Assembly (NCBI GenBank): GCA_030704615.1
Contig: CM060734.1
Coordinates: forward strand, 61,504,001-61,568,000
Length of the DNA: 64,000 bases
From: Takakia lepidozioides
Taxonomy: Eukaryota; Plantae; Bryophyta
Direction of reading: 5' to 3'
In this document: positions 52,724 through 63,650 of the stretch, piece after piece
How positions within the stretch are numbered: the stretch's first letter is position 1
How the letters are laid out: each line of letters begins with the position of its first letter
Made by a program: the position numbers and the translations under genes
Notes under the pieces: generated by a model
Database searches by the model: none
Told to the model about the DNA's origin: nothing
The model's input: only the letters and a program-made list of their open reading frames with translations

Positions 52724-53255
52724 GTCGTGCACCTAAGCATCGTGCCACAACATACATCGCTGTCCACCATACATTCTAAGCACACAATCCTAGAAAGCTA
52801 TGCCACAATGATAATGAAAGTGAACACAAGGGAAACACTCCACTCATGAATCCACTCAATCACATAAACTAAGTCAAGCCAATGGCACCTTTGCTAAAGG
52901 AATCCACCCTACAAAGCCATCACCACACTCCCACTCAATACCTAGAGTTATGGAGGTGGGAGAGGCTCATGGAGGCTCAACTACAAGAAGATGAGCCCTC
53001 CTCAACGCTCACAAGGGGAAAACCCATCCCCATGTCCCAAGTGAGGTTTGACACCTCACTTGGCATGTGAGACCAAATGAAGTCCCAACACACAAAATAC
53101 AAATATAAATATCCAAAATGTTCTAGTTAACTAGAAGTAGGTAATTCTAGTTAACCATGACTAAAACCATGACAGCTGTCGTGCACCTAAGCATCGTGCA
53201 TACATCGCTGTCCACCATACATTCTAAGCACACAATCCTAGAAAGCTATGCCACA
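52724..53255 (-). repeat. 3' terminal structure A1 (53177-53255) - GC - B2 (52809-53174) - T - A2 (52724-52807)
   Basis: The ~80-bp unit GTCGTGCACCTAAGCATCGTG...GAAAGCTATGCCACA occurs on both sides of the 366-bp unit. Confidence 0.9.
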
Positions 53256-53504
53256 ATTGCCCCCCTAGCTGGTGATTAGATCCCTCTAACACCGAATAGC
53301 TGACAAGTATCCATCTCAATAAGATCATCGCTTGGTCTTCAATCGCACATGTCCCAATTTTTTAAAGTATATGGATCAAGAGGCTGGGTGCAACGAAAGC
53401 CCCATTGTTAATCGTCTACTTGCAATCCATGATCTTCAATTGAGTATCTATGGCGTTGAGCTCCTACAAGCTAGACCTTGGATCACTTGTCAATTCCACC
53501 ATTG

Positions 53505-55150
53505 TCATGCCCACCACCTATGTCCAAGGCATCGTGGACTCAACCATTCTCCACTAGAAACCTCCTCAAGTGGCGGTGTCAAGCATCCCATGTGCCACCC
53601 CCTTGAGCATTTGTCACACACTAGCATAGTTACGGCACCACCAGCATGCCCATATAGCATGCAACGCAACCCTGCAGGTACCACTGCAAGGTTGAGATCT
53701 ATCCTCCCATCCACATGTGGAAGGTGACATGGCGCACAATTGCGCACATGGTCCTTCCATACCATGCCATCTCGACCCTCCAGAATCAACACTCCTGAAG
53801 GCAACACCTCCCGGACCCTTAGAATCACACGCCCTGCTGTGACATCCAAAGTCGTAGGCGCTGTCTGCTGCAGATACACATAGTCTCCAGGGTGGAAACG
53901 CCGAACACCTGGCCGGTATCCCCCTCCACGTACAGTGACATACCTCAATGTGTCTCGGTGTTGGGCAATAGCAAGGTTATCAAAAGCCATAGGCATGACT
54001 CTCTTGAACAACTCTGCCCGTTGGGCACATGCTTGTGTCCACACATCCGGATCATCAAGATTGAGGACTACTGCAGTCTCCCTGCGAATAGATGCATGCA
54101 AATCTAGCTCTCGGCCAAAGAGAAGGAAATAAGGTGAGAATGAGGCAAGTGAAGCTTGTTTGCTGAACCTATAGCCCATAGCTAGCCAAGGCAGCTGAAG
54201 GCCCCAATCTTCCAGGTGTCCCTTCTGCAAACCGTACTTGCACAAACCTCTCTTAACTGTCTGAACAACTCTCTCCGCCAAGCCAGCCTCGGGATGATCC
54301 CAAGAAGTAGTGCGGTGATCTATCAAGGCTTGCTCACACAAAGCCTGAAACTCCCCCAGGAATTCTCTCCCCTGGTCCGTGAGTACCTCGGCTGAAGCAC
54401 CAAAATGGCTAAGCACTCGATCTAAGAATGCATACGCAGCCCCCTCACTTGCCTTGTCAGGCAATGCCACCAGTTCAATCCATTTGGAGAAGTGTTCCAC
54501 CATCATCATCACATACTTGTTATGGTGAATCGTCAGTGGCAATGGGCCTGCGAAGTCAAGACTCCAACGATAGCCCAAACCCATAATGGGTAAAGGATGC
54601 AATTGTGGAGTAGGGGCGTTGAAAGAAGCCCGCATTTCTCTTTTTGCTCAATATCTCTGGAGTCTAGCTTCTCTTTCATCACTCATGTCCCATGTCTTTC
54701 ATTTCTGTTAATGTGGCAATAACCAAAACTCTCTTCTGTAGTATCTCTCGTATATGCCTGGGTTTCTTTCAGCTTCAATGCACCCTTGGCTATACTAGAA
54801 GTCTCTGTTACCATATAACCATATGGCAAACAAGTCTGGAAAGCTGTTCTTGGTGTGAGTTTGATCCACAGAATATCCTTAGGAATCCAATTCTTTACCA
54901 GTACAAGCTCTTCATGCATATGAGTATAAACATTCACCTTCCTTTCCTCCCAACCTTCAAACTCTACTCGCTTAATGGATAACAATGCTATCACATAAAC
55001 CAGTGTTGGTAACCAACATATATTACACACCATGCACCTTGCCATTAACTGTTGCACATCCGTGTGCATGCCCCGCCACCAATACTGCCCTTGCAGCAAA
55101 CTATGAGTGCGTCGCACCCCAAAATGTCTCAACTCCTCATGGGCATGGCG
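53505..55150 (-). pseudogene. Gypsy integrase (HHCC + DDE) with C-terminal PHD finger; interrupted by a ~390-bp insert
   Basis: HAHEELRHFG...CMVC, WSLDFAGPLP, LTDQGREF, LAERVVQTVK, and the tail CMLYG...MLVCDKCSRGWHMGCLTPPLEEVSSGEWLSPRC. Confidence 0.9.
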
Positions 55151-55551
55151 TACCAATCGCGTTCGTTGTGTTGGATGAGGCACAATCCTCACTCGTCCAT
55201 CCTCCCATACCCGTAGTAGGTGAGTCCCTTCCCACTTGAACCTCTTGGCTCGTTGTAGGATCCGATCTCTTTCCTTAGCAGTCACACTGGCTGCTGTCTC
55301 TCCTGTACGAAGGTAGATCAACACTGCTGCATCTTCATGCACATCCTTAGCACCACCAAACTCCTCACTGATCTCCGAATCGTCATGCACACCATCTACT
55401 TGACCAATGCTATGGGATGGACTAGCTTGAGCTCCCATTGCTAGGATGCACAAAAAGGCAGATGCATGCCATCCTGGCACCATCTCCTCATTTGGCTCAC
55501 CATGCCACCAAGCTCCAGTATCATCATGCTTGCTCGTGCAAGGATTACGAC

Positions 55552-56588
55552 TCAATCCATCTGCACCCGATTGACAATACCGGCTCGATGCACCACCTGG
55601 AAGTCGTACTCTTGAAGAATAAGTGCCCACCGTGCAAGCTTCCCTGTAAGCTTATCTAACTCCATCAACCACTTCAATGGTTGGTGATCTGTGACAAGGG
55701 TGAAGAGGTTGTTATAGAGGTAGCATCTGAAATGTGACACTGCCCATACCGCAGCTAGACACTCCCCTTCATATGAGCTATACTTCGCCTCGGCATCATT
55801 GTTCAAGCAGCTAGCATATGTCACAACGAACTCTCTTCCCTCATTATTCACATGTGTAAGCACTGCTCCAATCCCCAGCATACTCCAATCCATATGTAGC
55901 TGGAAAGGCCGCCCCCGAATAGGCCGCCTCAGAATAGGTGCAGAAGTCAATCGAGCCTTGAGTTCCTCAAAGGCTTCCTCCTGTTCCTCCTCCCACTACC
56001 ACTCCTGACCCACCTTGGTCAACTTGGTAAGAGCCTTTGCAATGCTGCTAAATCCCTTGACAAACCGTCGATAGTAGTTTGCCAACCCCATGAAAGCTTA
56101 AACTCTGCTAAGCGTGGAATGCGTGCAAGGGCCTCCACCTTCGTCTTTTGAACACCCAATCCTCCAGGGTATATCATGTGGCCCAGATACTCAATCTGGT
56201 TGTGGAAGAACTTGCACTTCCCAGGGTGCAATTTCAACCCGTGCGCTCTCAAGCGCTCAAACACCACCTGAAGGTGTCTCTCATGCTCCTCAACTGTAGC
56301 ACTAAAGACGACGATGTCATCAATGTAGCACCGGACGAAGTCTAGTCCCACGAGAATCCTATCCATGACTCTCTGAAACTCTGCAGGAGCATTCTTCAGC
56401 CCAAACGGTAAGAACCGCCATTGGTACAAGCAATCCTTCTCATGTTGGTCAATCCCCCAAAATGCCGTCTTTTGCTTGTCAGCCTCTTTGATTGGCAACT
56501 GGTGGTAACCGGATTGCAAGTCCAATGTGCTAAACATCTTTGCATGCCCAATGACATCAAAGATCTCATCTGGAGTTGGCATGGGTGG
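55552..56588 (-). pseudogene. Reverse transcriptase (N-terminally deleted) and RNase H
   Basis: PMPTPDEIFD, FSTLDLQSGYHQ, LPFGLKNAPAEFQR, YIDD. RNase H FQLHMDWS...YEGECLAAVWAV...TDHQPL. Confidence 0.92.
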
Positions 56589-57185
56589 CCGTTGAATGGA
56601 ATCATATGCTCTCTTGAGTAGCTCTGGTGGTGCAAGATTGGTCCACCACAATCGAGGTCGATGCGCGCGTGATCCCACCGTTGCTGCATCCAATAGCACC
56701 GCCGATCCAATCCAAGACCGCACCTGATGCACACTGGCCATAACCCTGGCCCGAGAGTCCCCCATAAGAGGAACATTCTCCAAGATATAGGCTAGAGGTT
56801 GCACTTGCTTCGTCTGCAAGTCACGCAACACTCTCAACATCTCCCAAAACAAATGCGATCGTGCATCATGCAAGCCATTCCCATGACCTGCTGTCCTCGG
56901 CAAGGCCATCCAGCTATCACCAAGTCAATGGCACCATGCTGGTCCAAATCATCCGTCCCCAGCATGGTAATGTCTGCTGGCAAGGCCTTTTGGTACCCTT
57001 GAATTGCTGAGAGATGCAGCAACTCAGGGTACTGGTGGGTGAGCAAGGCAACGTGACGCATAGAAATACACCAAGCTATCTTATCCTTCTCCACATACAA
57101 GTACTTTTGTACTTTAATCCCAGCTTGCAACACTCCTGCAAGCCCAGTGCTCATGCCTCCAAACAGGTCTAGCAAACAAATCCCC
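56589..57185 (-). pseudogene. DNMT3-like C5-cytosine DNA methyltransferase domain embedded in pol (frameshift after motif IV, C-terminal motifs deleted)
   Basis: Motif I LLDLFGGMSTG, II YVEKD, III ADIT, IV DLVIAGWPC, GLHDARSHLFWE, VI YILENV, VIII AHRPRLWWTN. Confidence 0.9.
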
Positions 57186-57539
57186 GAGTCAGGTGGTTGC
57201 CAGATAATGGGCACTGTGTCCAAATGAGCTAACTGAGGAGGTCCAAGTGATGTCACTGAACTCCCCTCACTCACCAATGGATAGGCCTCCTGCCATGCTT
57301 GGTGCACACACTTGCCTGCTATTCGATGCAAATTCCCAACTGTACCCCACAGTGGAATATGAACAGGCACATGAGGAGCCTTGTATGTCAATTGTTTGAC
57401 CTCATCAGGTGGCGGCCTATCATCTGCATGGCTATTGCCCTCCAAGAGCTCACCACCCCAAGCCACCACCCCTAAGAATGCAGCCAATGTAGGCATCATG
57501 TTCCTATGATCCACCGCTACATTCCCAATAAACCGCACT

Positions 57540-60003
57540 GAGAGCAGTGCACGTTGACCATCCCCTGACTGCCATTCCGGCCTATAGGATGCCGTTTCCT
57601 CCCAAAATTCCAAAGTAAAGCCCATCGGGTATAATACAGCCCCACCAACAAGCACATCATAAGACATCGCGTCCGTAATAATGGCTTTAGCTCTCATGAC
57701 CATCTGTAGGATGATCTAGCTGCAATCGAATGAAGAGCTCATGGCATGTAATCCCTCGTGTCTTCTCTGAACCGCCCAAATATGTTTGAATTTGGAAAGG
57801 GCAAGGCTCCAAATCTGCCTCTGTAAGGCCCAAGTCTGCAATTGCTGCTCTTCCCAACATCAATGGCTGTGCTCCTGAGTCCAACAAGACTCGCAGTGGC
57901 CTATACCTCCTCCCGGCTGGGCCACCCAACTGAAACACACCATCCTGATTGTCCACCAGGACTACCCAAGGAGTCACCATACTGCGCTCAATGGCTGGCC
58001 TAGCTGACAACTCTTGCAACCTTGCAGCTGCCGCTTGCCATGGTGCAGCTGTGGTTGTCTTCACCCTTGAATCCAGGGCATTCATGCATTGCATCTTATC
58101 TGCTATCCCCGCAGATAGTGTCGATGCATCACCACTCTCACATAGTGCAGCTGCTAGTCTAAACACTGCAGCTGGCCGCATCCTCGGCATTGCAATGGTC
58201 GTGGCAGAAAACAATAGAGCTTGACAAATTTCCGTAGCCGCCCCCAAAAATGTACTAGCTACACCTTGCTTTGCAGCACCACCCACTGGCATTTCCCGAG
58301 CCACACCAACTCTCTCCACTGGCACTCGTGGCTCTATCTCTAACACACTTGGGCGAGCGGGTACCATCGATGGCATAGTTGGCACTGTCTCAGCCAATGT
58401 GAAAGACCGTGAAAGCCTTGTCTGCCGACTTGCTTCTCCTCTTTGTGGATCAAAATTCACATCCGCTCTTCTTGGCTCAGGAGCACGTGTTGCTGCTCGA
58501 GTGACAGCAGCTGCAGAGTCCACATGTGCAAGTGCGGCTCCACACATGAAGCCCATACCAATCTGGTCTTCCCTAGGCATATGAGGTTGTGCAGATGGGG
58601 CTTGAAGCTCAGGCCTTGGAGCTGGCGTAACATGAGTAGTGGCCATGGTAGCAAGACGTTGCTCTAGCTGGGCAAGCCTATTTACCATGTCTTGGTCATG
58701 ACCTTGACCGTGACCCTACACTCCTTAGTTTTGGTTACGACCTCCACCACGACCTCTGCCTCCTCTACCTCTCTGGACTACATTGTCTCGTCCTCGACCA
58801 CCATTGTTCCCTTGGAACTGGCCTGGCCGTAGCTCAGGATGCAAGTCATAACAATGGGCCTCTTCATGCCCATACTTGCCACAATGCCCACATTGTAGTT
58901 GTGTAGGTTGTGCCTGTGCCGGCCCTTTGTCTCTTTCCGGGCAATCTCTCTTAACATGAGGTCAAGATCCTCGCGGCCCTCCCCTAGGCTTCGCCTGAGC
59001 CCCCTTGTTGCCTTGAGCATGTTGGGGTAGTGGTTTTTGTTGGCTAAGAGCCCCACTTTGTTGTGTCTCCTTACCAAACCCCACCATGACCACTTGCTCT
59101 TCCACCATATTGAGCTCTATCCGCTCTGCCAGCAAAAACACGTTTGCTAAGGTGGGTTGGACCACTTGTAGGAGAGTTGCATCCCGCACCCTTCTCCTCA
59201 GCTCCTTGTCCAATATCCCATACCAAAATTGGACGGCTTGAGCTTCCGTAACCCCTTGGGTTACATTTATCAATTGCCTCATGCGCATGTAAGCCTCCCT
59301 CAAACTCTTAGTAGGCTTGCGCTGGAACTCCTGCAAGCTCCGCAATTTTTCCATCCTTATCCCCTGGTAGTTTCTCCTTAACTCCTCGAAGAACTCCACA
59401 ACTGGGTTATAGGCAAGCACGGGTGTTGGTGGTGCAGCATGAGCTTGGGTGGACTTCCCAGCTCATGTTCCACTTGACGTCCCACTGCTGCTTGTAGAAG
59501 CTGCCGGTATAGCTACCGATGTCACCACTGCCCTTATGCCTCTAGTGATGGAGACATAGTCAGGTGACCAATACACCCGCCATTCCTCAATCTCCACCAC
59601 ATGTCCCCGCCTAAACTCATGGTAGTCATCCATGGGCGGCCCCTCAAGGTGTTGGAATAGCCCCTCCCACGCCATAAAAGGGCGTAAACAGTTGTGGATT
59701 ACGCATTTGCTGCAAATCACACCAACTATCAAACTCTTGTATGAAGTCATCAAGCTCGATGGTGCCCACAGCTCCAGAGTACCTACGTGGCCTCTTGGTA
59801 GCTCCATACATCTCCTCCATCGTGTCCCACAACAATGGCACGGAAATTACTTGCACCCTCGGCGAGAATCCTCCTGACTCCGAGTCTGAACCTTCCTCAG
59901 AAGACACTGAAGGCGAAGGTGGCCTAAACCGCACACCTTGTCTTGTATACCCACTAGTAGCGCTGGTGCTCGTACCGGCACTCTCCTCAGCAACTGGTGG
60001 CAC
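57540..60003 (-). pseudogene. Gypsy gag and aspartic protease of copy B (frameshifted)
   Basis: Parallels 47945-50262. Protease RVLLDSGAQP...SYDVLVGG. Confidence 0.88.
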
Positions 60004-62481
60004 CTCCGTGATGAAAACTCACAACCACACCTGTTGTAAACCTGTCTCTAATCCCCCTTTCCACAAGGTAACCAGGTAGAGAACCTGTTGTAGCTTATGG
60101 CTTAGACTACTAGGTTTGTAACATAAACCTGCACCTGCATCCACCGCAAGCACTCATATGGTCTGTTGGTCATCAACCCAGCCTCACCATAAGAGAAACA
60201 ATGATGGTCTGACTGGTCATCACCCCGGCCTCACCACCGACAGCACGCTCTAGGATTAGCCGGTGATCAAATCCGGACCACTATGAAAACAAGCGCCCAC
60301 ATAAAGCTAACATGGCGCACAGTCAAGCATGCAGGTGTGGAGGGGATCCAAACACAAGAAAATCAATACAGCAACTCCCCCACACCAAAAACACTCCACA
60401 GTGTCGCTCCTGCAATGACACCCCAGCCCAAACCCGGACTGACTCTTGCCTCCACCTACGGAAAGGTTTTGGCCTACAGAGAGGGTGGAAGACTACAAGG
60501 AAGAGAGACTAAAGCAATTCCTATCACAACATGCTCTCATCCCACTACCCTATCTCCACACTGTCTTGCTTGAACAATAGACAAGACTACCTTTCAAGGG
60601 TCTCTCAAATAACTCTCCAGGAGCCCTCAAGAATATGTCTCTCAAACAATCTCACTAAGGCTCCCAATCCTTGCACGATGGGACTCCAAAACAGTACACC
60701 AAGGCCCCAAGCTTGCCAAAACTTAGCCCTCGAGGACCCCAATAGTCCCTCACACAAGTCGCCAAAGACTCCTCAAGCTCGCCAAATATTGGCCTCCAAG
60801 GACCCCAAATAGTCCTCCAAAGAACTCTAAGGACCCCAAACAGTCCTCCAAGGACTCCCAATGGTCCTCCAAATGGTCCTCCAAACAGTCCTCCAAGGAC
60901 TCCCAATGGTCCTCCACACAGTCCTCCAAGGACTCCCTATGGTCCTCCAAATGGTCCTCCAAGGACCCCAAACAGTCCTCCAAGGACTCTTCCTATATCC
61001 CATGTTCCCAATGCGTTCCCAAGTTCCCAATGGGTTTCCAAAGTTCCATAGGAATATTCCCAAGAATATGCCATAGTATTCCCCCAGTATTCCACTAGGC
61101 CTATACATATTCCCCTTGTATTCCCCTTGTATTCCCCTTAGGAATAGCCATTTCCCCCTTGCCCCTCATAAAGTAGTTCATTTCCCCCCAGGGTTTAGCC
61201 ATTTCCCCCTAGGCTTTAGCCACTTCCCCCTTTATTTCCTTGAGGTTTAGCCTTACCAAGCTAGGGTTTGTGCTCCTTGGGGCTCTATGCTTAATCCCCT
61301 CAAGCATCCATGAATTCTATGGGGTACCAAGGCAAATTCCCTTGATCTTCTTCACCTTAAGCTACTCAAGCTTGTCTCCAACTCAACCAGCAATGCATTG
61401 GCCACACAACAAGCTCAATTTTTCATTGGAACTCAAAATCAAGCTTGTACCTCCTTTGGCAAGCCACCAAGCCTTGTCTCCTCTCAAGCCTTGGTCATTC
61501 AAGCTCCCTTCACTTGCTAGCTCAAGAGCCATTCCTCTCAAGCTTGCTCAAGCCAAAAGCTCAAGCCAAAAACATGCTCCACACATGCATCGCCTCATAC
61601 ACAAGGAAATCAACTTGCTCCCTTTACCTTCTAGCTCTCCTCAAGCTTGAAATTGGAAGCCACACTTGGGAAGCATGCTCCACATAAGCATCACTTGCTT
61701 GATCAACCATCCACCACAAAACTTAAGCCAAAAGGGAATGAATACATAAGCTTCACCTTCCCCTTCCTTGTCTTGTCACATGCTATATGGTTGAAGTTGC
61801 TATGCATGCCTTGAGCCACAATCTCTTTTCTTTATGAAGACCACCTCCAATGATCTCCCACATGTGCTCCAAGCTCTTCAATGCTCTAGGCTTGGTTTCA
61901 CATCATCATGGATAGAATTTTCACCCATATGCTTCCCTTCAAACCTCTTGAGCTTCCTAATGCTCTCCAAGTGTTTGCCCTTATTGTCTTCAAGCCCAAG
62001 CCTATGTAGCTCCTTGGCTTCTCTTCCACAACATCCACAATTGAGCTTGCTTAACCCTAGATTGATAGTGACATGAGTACTAACAATCATTTAGTTGCTC
62101 TCCACAAGCCATGGCACACACCATTGACTCCATAATGCATTGAAAAGATTCTCAAACCCTAGAATCCATGCTTCCACACACACAAGACTTCCCTCTTGCA
62201 ATCCTTGCAAATCTTGTGGCAACAAGCTCCTTCTTGAGTTCTGCAACACCTTGGTGTAACACCACAAGTACCTTTCCTTGCAAAGGCTTGTGATCTACAA
62301 GAGCTCCATCTTTGAGCTCTCCACCTCCTTAGGGCAAAGCAATATCTCTCAAAGCCCTAACACCACAAGGATTTTCCTTTGCAATATATGCAACACCTGG
62401 CAGCACAAGAGCTATCTTCCCAAGGTCTTCAACACACAAGTGCTAAACTAACCCTTACACTCCGCACTCACAAGCATAAGG

Positions 62482-62496
62482 TCATCTTCTTGTAGT
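62482..62496 (-). promoter_or_regulatory. Putative self-priming primer-binding site
   Basis: ACTACAAGAAGATGA at the inner edge of repeat B is perfectly complementary to 62667-62681 inside B. The same pairing is present in copy A (39884-39898 vs 39699-39713). Confidence 0.6.
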
Positions 62497-62861
62497 GATA
62501 ATGAAAGTGAACACAAGGTAAACACTCCACTCATGAATCCACTCAATCACATAAACTAAATCAAGCCAATGGCACCTTTGCTAAATGAATCCACCCTACA
62601 AAGCCCTCACCACACTCCCACTCAATACCTAGAGCTATGGAGGTGGGAGAGGCTCATGGAGGCTCAACTACAAGAAGATGAGCCCTCCTCAACACTCACA
62701 AGGGGAAAACCCATCCCCATGTCCCAAATGAGGTTTGACATCTCACTTGGCATGTGAGACCAAATGAAGTCCCAACACACAAAATACAAATATAAATGTC
62801 CAAAATGTCCTAGTTAACTAGAAGTAGGTAATTCTAGTTAACCATGACTAAAACCATGACA
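62496..62861 (-). repeat. 5' terminal repeat (segment B) of Gypsy copy B
   Basis: TGTCATGG...TTATCA on the minus strand, 366 bp. Confidence 0.92.
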
Positions 62862-62933
62862 ATTTCCATGACAATGTTGCAAATTGCACATTTCATAGCA
62901 TGATCGTCCACATACCACATTGCATAGCAGATG

Positions 62934-63650
62934 CTACCTATGTGTTGTATCCCGCTGCAATAGAGTATCAACCTCGTTGAAACTCAGAGTGGCCTGGTGA
63001 ACGAAGTTGTCACGTTTGGAATCGCAAACCATCCTCTTCAAATACAAATGTGTGCAGGGTATGAATTTACCTCTCTTGCCCAAACTGGTTGATAACATAT
63101 TCACAAAATCAGGACATGTGCAATTGGGGAAATTGAAAACCGTGATGTCGTAGGCCCTGTCATGAACAGCAGATGTCGAAGTGATCGTTGTATACACCCG
63201 ACTATATCCTGAATCGGGCACTTCCATGGTGCTTGCAACACGAGCTTGGAGCATTCTTGCGGACTTCACTTTGCCAAAATGTTCAGCGGTTGGATTGAAA
63301 TGCCGAACCAGCTTTCCATCTCGTTTGGTTGGCCACAAGTGAGGATTTGCCGGAGGGACCCGAGAGGATGCAGAAGTAAAAGCACATGCATGCAATTGGG
63401 GTTGTCTCGCAAGAGAAAAGCCTGCCTCCTCCAGCATTGCAATCTCCTGACTCGTGAGATGTGTTCCCACCTTGACGGGCGAAACGGTTGGAGGAGCTGG
63501 CTTCATTACCACGGAAGGATGCACAGTTCTATGCACACATCTATCGTCTTGATGCTGAAGCCTGCAGTCGTGTCGGAGGTTCTTCCAGAATGGAGGTTCC
63601 GGACATGGATCTGTCATGCAGGGGAACACGAGGCTTCGAGAAGTTATCAC
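62934..63650 (-). CDS. TE-associated SWIM zinc-finger ORF (probably partial or decayed)
   Basis: YDITVFNFPNCTCPDF...FIPCTHLY is a SWIM CxC-xn-CxH motif followed by HQATLSFNEV. No DDE core visible in the window. Confidence 0.65.
   Translation of the reverse strand: MITSRSLVFPCMTDPCPEPPFWKNLRHDCRLQHQDDRCVHRTVHPSVVMKPAPPTVSPVKVGTHLTSQEIAMLEEAGFSLARQPQLHACAFTSASSRVPPANPHLWPTKRDGKLVRHFNPTAEHFGKVKSARMLQARVASTMEVPDSGYSRVYTTITSTSAVHDRAYDITVFNFPNCTCPDFVNMLSTSLGKRGKFIPCTHLYLKRMVCDSKRDNFVHQATLSFNEVDTLLQRDTTHR

Larger units (their letters stand above)
52724..62861 (-). mobile_element. Gypsy LTR retrotransposon copy B: gag-PR-DNMT-RT-RH-INT-PHD with split terminal repeats
   Basis: Domain order PR, RT (YIDD), RNase H, integrase is Gypsy. 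366-bp repeats at 62496-62861 and 52809-53174 (about 10 differences counted by eye). PPT-like AGGGGGG at 53260-53266. Confidence 0.92.
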
